A stretch of 63,951 nt of DNA, filler included, from Octopus bimaculoides (lineage: Eukaryota): assembly GCF_001194135.2 (NCBI RefSeq). It is 7 parts of 6 records of this genome, joined end to end, with 100 filler letters (N's around TTAATTAATTAA, not from the genome) between each part and the next. Parts side by side here need not be neighbours in the genome. Positions count along the whole stretch, not along the records: positions 1 to 15,530 come from NC_069003.1; positions 15,631 to 19,260 come from NW_026351346.1; positions 19,361 to 41,500 come from NC_068996.1; 4 more parts are not named here. One strand, given 5' to 3'. Under the pieces are notes generated by a model. That model had not been told where the DNA came from. It saw nothing but the letters and a program-made list of their open reading frames with translations, and did not search any database. The translations under genes were made by a program, and so were the position numbers. Below are positions 12,631 through 25,260 of the stretch, one piece after another (the stretch's first letter is position 1; each line of letters starts with the position of its first letter).

Positions 12631-14404
12631 ACGTAAATATATGTATATATGTGTGTGTGTGTGTATGTACGTATGTATATATACATGCATGAACTTATAT
12701 GTGGAGGGAGAGAGAGAGAGAAAGAGATGAGATTAACATATATATATTCATATATAGGTAGGTAGATATAGATAAGTAGGCAGATAAAAAGACAGACAGG
12801 CAGATAGCTAGATAAACAGATAGACGAAGATAGAGAGAGATTTAGATAAATGTAGACACAGAATTGCACGAATGAGAAAAACATAACAAAAGTAAAAGAA
12901 TTCAAATATTACCCAACCTCAACCCCCATTCCCATCCGTATCCGCACCCATATATATATTTATAACCACGATTCAAACTCCACATCAGCGTGACTACGTG
13001 CACCACGGCACCGCAGAACAACCAACAGCACGTACATATACATACACACATAGTCTATCCAACACAAGCACTCCCAGCACAATCAACAGTAGCCGCAACT
13101 TTGTATAGAAAAAAAAAACGCCAAGAGAACAGTCACGGATATATTCACTGAAAAGGTTACAGACGTGAAACCAAAAAATCTTTGACAAATCAAATGCATA
13201 TATATGTGTGTGCGTGTGTGTATGTGTTTATGTCTGTATGTGTGTGTATGAGTCTGTGTTTGTGTGTGTGTGTTTGTGTGTATGTGTGCGTGTGCGTGTA
13301 TGTAGGTGTGTGTATTTGCATCTTTGTGTGAACGTATGTATAAATGTTAAATATGTTCATGAGTGTATGTATGTTTATAAATAAATATGCATACATAGAA
13401 AGATATCGGTGTAGACTTATATACACATATATATGCATATACAANNNNNNNNNNNNNNNNNNNNNNNNNNNNNNNNNNNNNNNNNNNNNNNNNNNNNNNN
13501 NNNNNNNNNNNNNNNNNNNNNNNNNNNNNNNNNNNNNNNNNNNNNNNNNNNNNNNNNNNNNNNNNNNNNNNNNNNNNNNNNNNNNNNNNNNNNNNNNNNN
13601 NNNNNNNNNNNNNNNNNNNNNNNNNNNNNNNNNNNNNNNNNNNNNNNNNNNNNNNNNNNNNNNNNNNNNNNNNNNNNNNNNNNNNNNNNNNNNNNNNNNN
13701 NNNNNNNNNNNNNNNNNNNNNNNNNNNNNNNNNNNNNNNNNNNNNNNNNNNNNNNNNNNNNNNNNNNNNNNNNNNNNNNNNNNNNNNNNNNNNNNNNNNN
13801 NNNNNNNNNNNNNNNNNNNNNNNNNNNNNNNNNNNNNNNNNNNNNNNNNNNNNNNNNNNNNNNNNNNNNNNNNNNNNNNNNNNNNNNNNNNNNNNNNNNN
13901 NNNNNNNNNNNNNNNNNNNNNNNNNNNNNNNNNNNNNNNNNNNNNNNNNNNNNNNNNNNNNNNNNNNNNNNNNNNNNNNNNNNNNNNNNNNNNNNNNNNN
14001 NNNNNNNGTGTGTGTGTGTGTGTGTGTGTTTGGCGGTACTCGCGTGTATGTGTGTGTGTGTGTGTGTAAGCAAAGTATCATGTTAAATCGATTCTCTACA
14101 AGAAGCCATGTGTTTTACTACATACGAAATTTGGCCATCGAATGAGTTATTCTGTTGAGGTATTGATATTTAGAATTAGAAATGTGTGGACACTGATGTT
14201 TACATGTACGTGTGGCTGCCTTTGTTAATGCAATATATTAATTTGATTCATTACAAAACACCATACAAGAGTTAGGCAAAAATATACGTTTTCCTGTGCA
14301 TGATGATTGAGTGGAAGGACATTCGCGATGTATTTCGTGGGACTGAACTTAGAACCATGTAGTTGGGAAGTAAACTCCTTAGCGCACAGCCATGGCTACA
14401 CCTA

Positions 14405-14450
<46 letters not shown>

Positions 14451-14464
14451 CCTATCTATCTATT

Positions 14465-14513
<49 letters not shown>

Positions 14514-14599
14514 ATGTGTAGTCTTTTATTCTTTTTACATCTTTCAGCCATAAGATTGTGGCCAAGCTGGAGAACCGCCAGTGTTGTCACCCTTTCAAC

Positions 14600-15376
14600 T
14601 ACCAATTTCATGTGATTGGTTTTGGTGAAGGAGGGACTTCGACACTGTTGCCGTCTTTCAAGACTCCTATCTTTATATTGGTTCATCTGCGCCCTCAGAT
14701 AGCAGGAAATCAAACCCGTTTCTTGAAAACATATACCCCAATTCCATGAAGATCCTTTAAATATTTTGGCTAGCTGTTAAATAATTGTGGGCCTGTCAAG
14801 AACTTCAAAGTGGTAGGCTGAAGGAACTCTGGTACCGCCATTCGAGCTAGCATCAAAGCGATCTCTAAAGGAACTGGGTTTCGGTAGTTCAACCAGTTCT
14901 ATTGTTCTAAGGCCACCTGTCTCAACTATCTGAAGATCAGCGGAGGAGGCCTCGGCTAATTTTCAACATCAAATGACAGGACTGACGCACCAAAAGCGAA
15001 ATCCTTAATCGCTCAGAAATGCCTAGCACTAAAGCTACTACCCTCAAGCATCGCCTCAGGTTGTCAGGACATGTCATCTAAATGACCCCTTCAAGACTCC
15101 CGCAGACCTCCTCAACAGCGAACTCATCAACGGTAAACAACTTTAAGGAGCCCAAAAATGCAGATTCAAAGACGAACTGAAGTCTTCTCTTCTTCAAACT
15201 GGCATCAGTCCTGACACCTGGGAAACGAAAGCCACCGATCGTCCATCCTGGCGAAAAGCAATTCCTCTCGGCTCTTCCAAAATACCCGGCAGCACCATCC
15301 AAGACCACCAAACTCCCAGCCAAGCGACCACTCGACTTGACCTTATGAGCCATGTCAGGTTTAAGCATCTCGGAGG
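14600..15376 (+). mobile_element. RTE/BovB-like LINE 3' fragment, degenerate
   Basis: Translates RLIFNIK*QD...KHRLRLSGHVI*MTPSRLP...RFKDELKSSLLQTGISPDTWETKATDRPSWRKAI. Confidence 0.8.
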
Positions 15377-15384
15377 TACCAGAT

Positions 15385-15515
15385 GAACCAGCCACATGGC
15401 TCCGGGTTCAGTCCCACTGCGTGGCACCTTGGGCAAGTGTCTTCTACTATAGCGCCGGGCCGACCAAAGCCTTGTAAGTGGATTTGATAGACGGAAACTG
15501 AAAGAAGCCTGTCGT
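15385..15515 (+). mobile_element. SINE family A, 5' half
   Basis: ccacatggctccgggttcagtcccactgcgtggcaccttgggcaagtgtcttctactatagc. Confidence 0.9.
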
Positions 15516-15637
15516 GTTTATGTATATATANNNNNNNNNNNNNNNNNNNNNNNNNNNNNNNNNNNNNNNNNNNNTTAATTAATTAANNNNNNNNNNNNNN
15601 NNNNNNNNNNNNNNNNNNNNNNNNNNNNNNGATTCAC

Positions 15638-15672
<35 letters not shown>

Positions 15673-15782
15673 CACATTCTTATTTTTATATATATAGATG
15701 ATGGGCTTCTTTCACTTTCCGTCTTTCAAATCCACTCACAATTCTTCGGTTGGCCCGAGGCTATAGTAGAAGACACTTGCCC

Positions 15783-16285
15783 TACAAATATCGCCCCGAT
15801 CGAGGCACATTTGCGTACCTGAACACGAGCGATTATCACATTTTCTTGGTGGACAGCCATGCACTTAATGTGAGTGAGGACTTTTCGCTCATCGCTGGAG
15901 GCCAATGCACCGAACGTCCATGTGGCATCTATTCTGAGGGTCTCGTTGCAGCATTCGAGAAGCTCAAAGACTACGCCGTTACACCTATGTCCAATGGCTT
16001 GTTTCTAGTCTGAACATCTCAACTGAAAATAAGCCCACTCTTCGCTAGACCCAACTGCGAGAAGACGGGGTGGTGGACCTTCTCGGATGAGACTTTTATA
16101 GGAGTTGCCTGTTGCCAAGTATTCCAATGGGCCGTGATGTCTATAACGCAAAGCAAGGGTTACAGGCAAAAAATGATCAACGAATAAAATTGTAATTGCT
16201 AGTGGAAGGAGGATTCTCAAATTCGCGAACATTACGGTAGAGAAAGCACTAACAGACAATAGACACAGTTCTGCTTCCTATTGTC
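15783..16285 (-). mobile_element. Foreign segment inserted in a SINE A unit; possible PIF/Harbinger transposase remnant
   Basis: Minus strand VTLALRY...YLATGNSYKSL resembles the Harbinger LRYLATG-SY-SL motif; flanking residues do not fit well. Confidence 0.35.
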
Positions 16286-16719
16286 ACAGGAGTGGCTGTG
16301 TGTTAAGTAGCTTGCTTACGAACCACATGGTTCCGGGGGTTCAGTCTCGCTGTGTGGCACCTTGGGCAGGTGTCTTCTAATATAGCCGTTTATTCTGTCC
16401 CCTCACCTCCATTCCACAAAACTTTCATCGAAAATCTCCATAATAAATAGTATTTGCATAGCAAATTTCATTAAAAAATATTCATTTTTCTCAAAGTTAT
16501 GACCTTCCGAAGTCCTTAGGGTACAATTATGCCATTATCTCCATGGTTTTAAAGGGAGATAATGCTATTTTAAAGTCATATCAAGAGTTGTACTTCTTGT
16601 CTTGCAAGGGAGGTAATTAGAAAAGACGTCTTGGAACTTTCCGAAAGTAAATTGTTATATTTCGTATGTGTATTTCGTGTGCAAGATTCTTGATGTGGAT
16701 ACGTGTGTTGAAAGAAATA

Positions 16720-16867
16720 CAATTAAACCTTGGGAGAGGCATTATGCCGGTAATAAACACACGCACTGGTTCAGTCCTTTATTAATTTATATAGTTTTTT
16801 GTTAAATTATTTCATTGCACTCTTGCAATCTCTTCAGTAACTTGTCTCTCCACTTCCATTTATTTTG
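16720..16867 (-). mobile_element. 148-bp mobile unit, copy 1 (carries a minimal hammerhead-like motif)
   Basis: Reverse complement of 27881-28028 with 3 mismatches and identical ends. Confidence 0.9.
16801..16841 (-). ncRNA. Minimal type I hammerhead ribozyme-like motif
   Basis: GUUA-CUGAAGA-(G)-AUUGCA-agag-UGCAAU-GAAA-UAAU-U-UAAC: stem I 4 bp, stem II 6 bp, one extra G after A9, stem III only possible as a dimer, AUU site. Confidence 0.5.
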
Positions 16868-17487
16868 AATATATGATCTGGCGTTGTTTTGGCGTTGTTT
16901 CGAAACTGTTTGGTATGAGCATGTGAGTGTGTGCAAGCTCGTATGTGTGCAAGCTCGTATGTGTGCACGCTCATATGTGTGCACGCACTTATGTGTTCGT
17001 GCTTATATGTAAGTATGTGCGTCCATATGTGTGTTTGTAACAATTTCGTTTATATCAGATCAGATAGAGACTTTTTAATTAATTTATTTACGTTCATATT
17101 CCGCAATTGTTATAGTTACCTCCCTTAGAATAGAAAATTATATTTTAGAATTTAAAAATATAATTCACATTCTAAGGGAAATAACTATAATGATTTACAT
17201 ATATGAATGTTCCAAGACGTCTTTTCTAATTACCACCCTTACAGGACAAGAACGACAACTCTTGCAATGACTTTAAAATAGCAAACGTTTAAGTATTATC
17301 TCCCTTTAAAACCATGGAGATAAAGGCATAATTGTACCCTAAGGATTTTGGAAGGTCATAACTCTGAGAAAAATGAATATTTTTTAATGAAATTTTCTAT
17401 GCAAATATTATTTATTATGGAGATTCTGCATATACACAAATTTCCGGTGAAAGTGCTTTGGAATAGGGGTGGGGGTACAGTATAGAC

Positions 17488-19260
17488 GGCTATAGTAGAA
17501 GACACTTGCCCAAGGTGCCACACAGTGGGACTGAAACCCCGGAACCATATGCTTCGTAAGTAAGCAACTTAAGACATAGCCATTCATACACCTATATATA
17601 TATATAAGATGGGCTTCTTTCAGTTTCTGTCTACCAAATCCACATACAAGGCTTCGGTAGGCCTGAGGCTGTAGTAGAAGACATTTGCCTAAGGTGCCAC
17701 GCATTGGAACTGAACCTAGGAACCATGTCGTTCGTAAGCAAGCTACTTAACACACATACACTGCTACACTTATATATATATATATATAAGGTTGACTTCT
17801 TTCAGTTTCCGTCTACCAAATCCACTCACAAGGCTTCGGTTGGCCTAAGGCTATAGTAGAAGACACTTGCCCAAAGTGCCACACAGTGGGACTGAACTCC
17901 CGCAACCATGTGGTTCGTAAGCAAGCTACTTAACACACAGCTACTCCTACACCTATATATATATATATATATGATGGGCTTCTTTCAGTTTCCGTCTATC
18001 AAATCCACTCACAAGGCTTCGGTTGACCTGAGGCTATAGTAGAAGACTTTTGCCCAAGGTGCCACACAGTGGGACTAAACACGGAACCTTGTGGTTCGTA
18101 AGCAAGCGACTTAACACACAGCCACTGGTACACTTATATATATATATGATGGGCTTCTTTCAGTTTCCGTCTATCAAATCCATTCACAAGTCTTCGGTTG
18201 GCATGAGGATATAGTAGAAGACACTTGCTTAAGATGGCAAGCAGTGGGATTAAACACGGAACCATATGCTTCGTAAGCAAGTTACTTAAAACACAGCCAT
18301 TCCTACACCTACATATATATATATATATATATATATAAGACGGGCTTCTTTCAGTTTCCGTCTACCAAATCCACTCACAAGGCTTTGGTCGGCCCCGAGG
18401 CTATAGTAGAAGACACTTGCTTAAGGTGCCACGCAGTGGGACTCAACCCCCGGAACCATATGCTTCGTAAGCAAGCTACTTAACACACAGTTATTCCTAC
18501 ACCTATATATATATAAGATGGGCTTCTTTCAGTTTCCGTCTACCAAATCCACTCACAAGGCTTTGGTCAGCCCCGAAGCTGTAGTAGATGACACCTGCCC
18601 AAGGTGCCAAACAGTGGGACTGAACTCTCGGAACCATGTGGTTCGTAAGCAAGCTACTTAACGCACAGCCACTCCTACACAAATATATATATATATATGA
18701 CGGGCTTCTTTCAGTTTCCGTCTACCAAATCCACTCACAAGGCTTTGGTTGGCCCCGAGGCTGTAGTAGAAGACACTTGTCCAAGGTGCCACACAGTGGA
18801 ACTAAACCACGGAGCTACGTGGTTCGTAAGCAAGCTACTTAACACACAGCCACTCCTACACAAATACATATAAATATATATATATAAGGTTGACTTCTTT
18901 CAGTTTCCGTCTACCAAATCCTCTCACATGGCTTTGGTTGGTCCGAGGCTATAGTAGAAGACACTTGCCCTACAAATATCGCCCCGATCCAGGCACATTT
19001 GCCGTACCTGCACACGAGCGCTTATCACATTTTCCAAGGTGTCACGCAGTGCAACTGAACCACGGAACTATGTGGTTCGTAAGCACATAATATTTGCATA
19101 GAAACTTTCATTAAAAAATATTCCTACACTCCTACACTTGTATATATATATAAAATGCTCTTCTTTCAATTTCCGTCTACCAAATCCACTCACAAATCTT
19201 CGGTTGTCCTGAGGCTATAGTAGAAGACACTTGCCCAAGGTGCCACGCATTGGAACTGAA
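17488..19260 (-). repeat. Tandem array of about 10 SINE A 5'-half units (period about 175-190 bp) separated by (TA)n
   Basis: Repeated unit gggcttctttcagtttccgtctaccaaatcc...gaaccatgtggttcgtaagcaagctacttaacacacagccactcctacacc; runs into a gap. Confidence 0.97.
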
Positions 19261-19412
19261 NNNNNNNNNNNNNNNNNNNNNNNNNNNNNNNNNNNNNNNN
19301 NNNNTTAATTAATTAANNNNNNNNNNNNNNNNNNNNNNNNNNNNNNNNNNNNNNNNNNNNGACCTTAGAGTCCCTCATAGCATGAGGCATTATTGTATAG
19401 TAATGCCCTTAC

Positions 19413-19443
<31 letters not shown>

Positions 19444-19463
19444 AGATTATTCTTTAGAATGAC

Positions 19464-19496
<33 letters not shown>

Positions 19497-19554
19497 ATAT
19501 ATATCTCGTCAATGAGTTAAACAAGTAAAAGAATATATGTAGAGTATATATATT

Positions 19555-19920
19555 TTACTTCTTTCAGTCATTTGACTGCAGCGATGCTGGAGCACCATAT
19601 GAAAAGGTTTTTAATCATAGAAATTGATCCCAAGACTTTTTTATTCTATCGGTCTCTTTTGCCAAATCACTAAGTTATAAGGATGTAAACACATCAACAT
19701 CACTTGACAAGGAATGGTGGGAGGAGGGACAAACACAGACACAAACACGCAAATACACACACACACAAATATGACAGGCTTCTTTCAGTTTCTGTCTACC
19801 AAATCAGGTTGGCCTGAGGCTATAGTAGAAGATATTTGCTCAAGGTGACATGCAGTGGGACTGAACCTGGAACCATCTAGCTGAAAGCAAGCTCCTTACC
19901 GTACAGCCACACCTGCACCT
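19555..19920 (-). mobile_element. SINE family A, CpG-decayed
   Basis: Head to tail recognisable, with CG replaced by TG/CA. Confidence 0.85.
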
Positions 19921-19959
19921 GTTATGTATGATTATAGTATAGAAAGGATTTATATTTAA

Positions 19960-20350
19960 AATGTTGGCATCTTAGAATAGGTTTATGTCAATTAATAATA
20001 ATTATGTTATTTTTACTATTTTTATTATTGTAGAATGCCTCAGATATACAAAAGCCACACCATCTATTACTACTACTATAAAGTTGTGCATAACCTAGAA
20101 CTGACCAATCAATTTTGTTTTCAATATTACTATCTATTAATGAATGTATAATTAGCCCTTTCTTTATATCTAAGTGTAGATCTATGATTATTCGATCTTA
20201 TTTTAAATGATGAAAAGGATGCATCAATGTAAACAAGTTCATTACTGAGAGCCCTAATTGAACGTTTACATATAATATCTTTCCTAAGACATTGGTTATT
20301 AATAGGGCATTTCGATTTATCATGACAGTTACAAAAGGTAAAATTTTTAT
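19960..20350 (-). mobile_element. Penelope-like element GIY-YIG/C-terminal remnant
   Basis: CNCHDKSKCPINNQCLRKDII...VYIDASFSSFKIRSNNHRS, then IDWSVLGYAQLY...CGFCISE. Confidence 0.8.
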
Positions 20351-21075
20351 CTGTGATCATTTGCAGCATATGAATTAAAGATTTGCATTCTCTCACAAAG
20401 ATCCCAAGTTCAGCCATACTTTGCTCTAGACAGGTTGGTATGCATCCCGTTGCACCAATAATAATAATACCTTAGGGACAGGATCCTGTTGCTCCAATAA
20501 TAATAGGTATTTTGGGGACTGGATTTGCAAACACCTTATCAAACATCCATAGATGTCCTCTTTCTCTTGTATTTTTCTAATCACATTCATGTCCAGAAAA
20601 CAACTGATTTCTATAACAGAACATATCTTCTCTTAGTGGTCCCACATAATGATATCTGGCTGGCTGTGTTTTAACTTGGTGGCTGTTTTAACTTTTAAGT
20701 TTCACTAATATTCTTTTGACCCATTGGTCTCAATATAGTCAACTTTGTCTGTAGGTATTTTCTCTTTTGTTATCCTGTTTGAGGCCATTTTGGCCACTGC
20801 ATCATGCTTCATGGGAAGATAATATCTGGAAGACATTCTCCCACAGTTGGCAATAATGTGGTTGATGCCTTCAGTCTTGGTCTTGCCCATCCTACATTTG
20901 TTTTCAATATTTTCTGCATTTTATACTGAAGGCATCTCTTGTTCTTGGATTCTATGGCTGTAGCCTTCAAAGTGGGATGTCATAAATTTGTCAGTACTCT
21001 ATGCCAAGCTTTTGACATGATCAGTCCTTTCTGTGGCTTGCGTTTTATGTGCCAAGTACCTGAGGAGAGGATCAC
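20351..21075 (-). mobile_element. R4/Dong-like LINE fragment (zinc knuckle and RLE endonuclease)
   Basis: EGINHIIANCGRMSSRYYLPMKHDAVAK, QPDII, IIIGATGCIP motifs; same type as 42310-45200. Confidence 0.8.
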
Positions 21076-21319
21076 ATGAAAAAAAAAAAGAAAAAGTCAA
21101 AAGATAGAAGGAAAAAGATCAAGAGTCAACAAATATATTTCCTGCTAATGGTTGGTCTTTTTAATGTTCAGTAAATTATGGTGACCCTGTGTTTTTTTGT
21201 TCATATATTTAAGTAAATATCTTTACTTATTTGAAAAAATATTTCTCTACCAGTTTATGATTCCTCACACTTTTCTTATTCAAAGTTAATACGACCATTT
21301 TTACTCTGTTTTTCTTCAG

Positions 21320-21412
21320 GTGATGGTGCAGTGCTGAATGGGCATAAATAACAGATGATATAATCTTATTGAAGCATGACACACCAAATATGGATAAAAT
21401 TGGATTCTGTCA
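21320..21412 (+). other. Candidate exon E1 of an unidentified + strand gene (5' UTR plus possible ATG at 21376)
   Basis: ttactctgtttttcttcag| acceptor, TCA|GTAAGT donor; all frames closed upstream; MTHQIWIKLDSV ends in phase 1. Confidence 0.4.
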
Positions 21413-23525
21413 GTAAGTTTAATGGAATAAGTCATGAATAAAAAGGTCATCTCCACCAACCTCATGACAAGGGAGAAAGAAAAACAGCAGATATGTGAAT
21501 GAAATGCCCTGTGTGGTCATTAGATATGTTAGAAATAGTAGTTAAAATCTTCCTTAAATAACCTGATGCTGAGTGAAGAAAAAGAGGAAGGCAAACTGGA
21601 TACCATAGCCCTGGATATACAAAAAAAAAAAAAAATTGATGGTCATGGTTTGATTGTCATTTGATAATAAGACTGTCACCAACAAGGCTGACCATGGGCT
21701 GAACAATAGCAACAACTGCAATAATAAAACAACAGATTAATTGTAGCGAAGCTGGTAGCGGAGGATGTATTAGTGGTTGTGGTTGTGGTAGTGGTGGTAT
21801 TAGTTGTGGTGGCTGCAGTTGTAGTGATGGCTATTGTGGTGGTAATAGTGGTGGAGGTAATGGCAGTGGAGGTGTTGGCGGTGGTGGCTGGTGCTGGTGG
21901 TGCTGGTAGTGCTGGTGGTGGCAATGGTGGCAACTTTGGCAGCAATGGTTGTAGTGATGTTGGGTGTGGTGATTTGTAGAGGTAGTAATGTTGGTGGTGG
22001 TGGTGGTAGTTTTGGTGGTGGTGGTAGTGGTGGTTGTAATGGTGAAGTAGTAGGGTGTGGGAGGTAGTATTAACACATGTTGTTGTTGTTGTGGTAGGGA
22101 GGTGCAGAATAGAGTAAGAGATAGTGTTTAGATAGTGTGGAAGTGGTGTTTATATAGTGTTAATATGGAGGTGGAAAAGATGATGATGGGAGGGGTGGAA
22201 GTTGTGGTGGAGGTACTGATGGAAGTGGTCGTGGTGGTGTTGGTGGTGGTAGTTGTAGTAGTAGTAGGGTGGTTGGAAGTTGTAGTACAGGTGATAGTGG
22301 TGTTAGTGGTAGTANNNNNNNNNNNNNNNNNNNNNNNNNNNNNNNNNNNNNNNNNNNNNNNNNNNNNNNNNNNNNNNNNNNNNNNNNNNNNNNNNNNNNN
22401 NNNNNNNNNNNNNNNNNNNNNNNNNNNNNNNNNNNNNNNNNNNNNNNNNNNNNNNNNNNNNNNNNNNNNNNNNNNNNNNNNNNNNNNNNNNNNNNNNNNN
22501 NNNNNNNNNNNNNNNNNNNNNNNNNNNNNNNNNNNNNNNNNNNNNNNNNNNNNNNNNNNNNNNNNNNNNNNNNNNNNNNNNNNNNNNNNNNNNNNNNNNN
22601 NNNNNNNNNNNNNNNNNNNNNNNNNNNNNNNNNNNNNNNNNNNNNNNNNNNNNNNGTGGTGATGGTGACAGGTGGTGGTGGTGGTGGTGATAGTGGTGGC
22701 GGTGGTGACATAGGTGGCGGTGGTAGCAGCAGTGGTGGTGGTTTGGCGTCAATGGAGGTAGCACCACTGGCGATGGCAGTGGTGGTGTGAATGCTGTAAT
22801 ACTAGGGGTGGTAATGGGGTGTTTAAATAATGGAGTAGCTGTTGTAATGTTGTTGTTGTTGTTGTTGTTGTGGTGGTGGTGGTGGTGGTGTTTGTGGCAC
22901 TTCAGTAACAGTGTTTTGACGATGTTGGTGCCGGTGTCAGTGCTGGGGGTTAACATACACAATGTTATGAAGGTTTTCAACATGTATATAAGACAACTAA
23001 CATACACCCATAAACACTTAGATTCAATACTCACACACCCTTTCACATTATTTCACTGTTTCCTTCATGCGCATACTTTACATACATAAACTCAAACACA
23101 CACATATACGCACACACACACACACACATACACACACAAGCACTATATCTGGTGACATCATAACTTGTTTGTTTGCGCCATCTGCCTTGTCTCTTGGTGG
23201 TTCCCACCATCTGCTTTGCAGACTGCAAATACATATATGTATGTATATATATATATATATATNNNNNNNNNNNNNNNNNNNNNNNNNNNNNNNNNNNNNN
23301 NNNNNNNNNNNNNNNNNNNNNNNNNNNNNNNNNNNNNNNNNNNNNNNNNNNNNNNNNNNNNNNNNNNNNNNNNNNNNNNNNNNNNNNNNNNNNNNNNNNN
23401 NNNNNNNNNNNNNNNNNNNNNNNNNNNNNNNNNNNNNNNNNNNNNNNNNNNNNNNNNNNNNNNNNNNNNNNNNNNNNNNNNNNNNNNNNNNNNNNNNNNN
23501 NNNNNNNNNNNNNNNNNGCCTTTAC

Positions 23526-23563
23526 CTTGTAAAAGTCATTGTAAGGGTTAATAAATGCATATT
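23526..23563 (-). CDS. Isolated candidate exon, (E)YAFINPYNDFYK
   Basis: tacttttttgcag| acceptor and AAG|GTAAAG donor, open frame; no partner exon established. Confidence 0.3.
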
Positions 23564-23714
23564 CTGCAAAAAAGTATTGAGTAATCTTCAACATTAAATC
23601 GCTATACATAGCATGAAATTTTTTTAAATGTTACATATATACATGTACATGCATACATACATATATACATACATACATACATATACATATATTAATTTTT
23701 TCTATGTTTATATG

Positions 23715-23872
<158 letters not shown>

Positions 23873-24076
23873 TACATTTGTCTATTCCATTCCATTATCG
23901 TTGATCTATTGGTGAATGAAGCTACAATATGCAGTAGATGGTTTGTTTTGCTGGTTGTAGGGCATGCCTGACCATTCTGACCAATTACATGCTTGATGGG
24001 ATACTCCAGTAATCAGGTGATTAGCCTTATTCTCAACACTTATACATACATACACATCCCCTCACATGCATACATA

Positions 24077-24959
24077 CAGAGTTTGGTGAATAAACTGCCG
24101 TCTAAATCATGCAAAAATGAAAATAACACTGACATCTCATTTTAACAGATATATTTACCAGAACTACATAAAAATATCTTGAAATACTAAACAGTAAATT
24201 TATTCAATAAAATCACCATTGGTTTCAACCACAGGCTCCAGATGATTTTGGAATCTTCTGCAACTCTTCTGGATGGTCTCCTTGTTTAAGTTGGTGAATG
24301 CTGCCATAATCCTTGCCTTCAGTTCATCTTTGGTGTTACAAGGAGTTTTTTTTATCTCTTGCTCAACTGCAACCCACACATAATCAAAGGGTTGCAGTCT
24401 GAGGAGTTAGGTGACCAGATGTTAGGGATGATGTGGTCGCTGAAATTATGTGACAGCTATGACTGGGTTCTCCTGCTTGTGCGGCATGGTGCAGTCCTGT
24501 TGCCAGACATAGGGTCTTCCAGCAGCCATCCTCTTGACCCAGGTCACTGCTACCTCCTCCAGATACTTGATGTAGACTTCCATGTTGAGTCTGAGGCTAT
24601 GTGGAATGACGAAAGGGAGCATAATGTCGCCATCATGAGTGATCACCCTAAGCACCAAGATGTTGACTGGATGTTTGAGTTTTATCACTCTCACTACATG
24701 TCCTCAGACTGCACTATCCTCAAATTGACACTCAAACACTCTGAAATGTTTGTAGTGGAGCTTCCAGCATGAATGCCAAGCAGTAGAGCATGTCATTTCC
24801 AAATTTCTGGGAGAATGAATTGCATCATGATGCTGCTTTTCTCACAGACAGTGCCCAACTGACCCTACTGAACTGTGTAGTCAATAAAATCAAAAACAAA
24901 CAATGAGCATGCATGAAATTAAAAGTATAAAATGGTGACAATTTACCCATCGCACCTTG
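24077..24959 (-). mobile_element. Internally deleted maT-like (DD37D) Tc1/mariner transposon
   Basis: YVWQQD...RRTQS*LSHNFSDHIIPNIWSPNSSDCNP(LD) gives about 37-residue spacing after frameshift correction; TA-flanked ends, N-terminal half missing. Confidence 0.85.
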
Positions 24960-24964
24960 TATAT

Positions 24965-25260
24965 ATCATCATCATCATCTTCATCATTATCATCATCATT
25001 TTCCATCTACTTTCTGTGCTGGAATAAGTTGGATGGTTTGACAGGAGCTTGTAAGCCAGAGGATTGCGCCAAGTTCCACTGTCTGTTTTAGCATGGTTCC
25101 TATGGGTGGATGCCCTTCCTAATGCCAACCACTTTATAGTGTGTACTGGGTGCGTTTTATGTGACACCAGCAAAGTCACTAAGTAGCTAGCTAGACAAAG
25201 ACTCCTCAACTGAGAGGGAGAGAAATAGTGAGGGAGGTGCTTTTGTGTCAGGTGATGAGA
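24965..25260 (-). mobile_element. Non-autonomous element with an RTE-type 3' end
   Basis: ggatgcccttcctaatgccaaccac motif and (CAT)n tail; related piece at about 36650-36830. Confidence 0.55.

Larger units (their letters stand above)
16289..17587. repeat. Large inverted repeat: arms 16289-16637 and 17209-17587, spacer about 570 bp
   Basis: Arms are reverse complements over about 350 bp, each a SINE A head joined at ctatagcc|gt to the same unique sequence. Confidence 0.92.

Noticed and set aside
15575-15586. TTAATTAATTAA centred in 100-bp N gaps (also 19305, 41545, 56345, 58890, 61852)
   Set aside because: Identical six-frame-stop spacer at the same offset in each gap; an assembly linker, not biology
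17488-19260. CRISPR-like appearance of regular repeats
   Set aside because: Units are about 180-bp SINE halves with (TA)n linkers; no unique spacers or cas genes, and the context is eukaryotic
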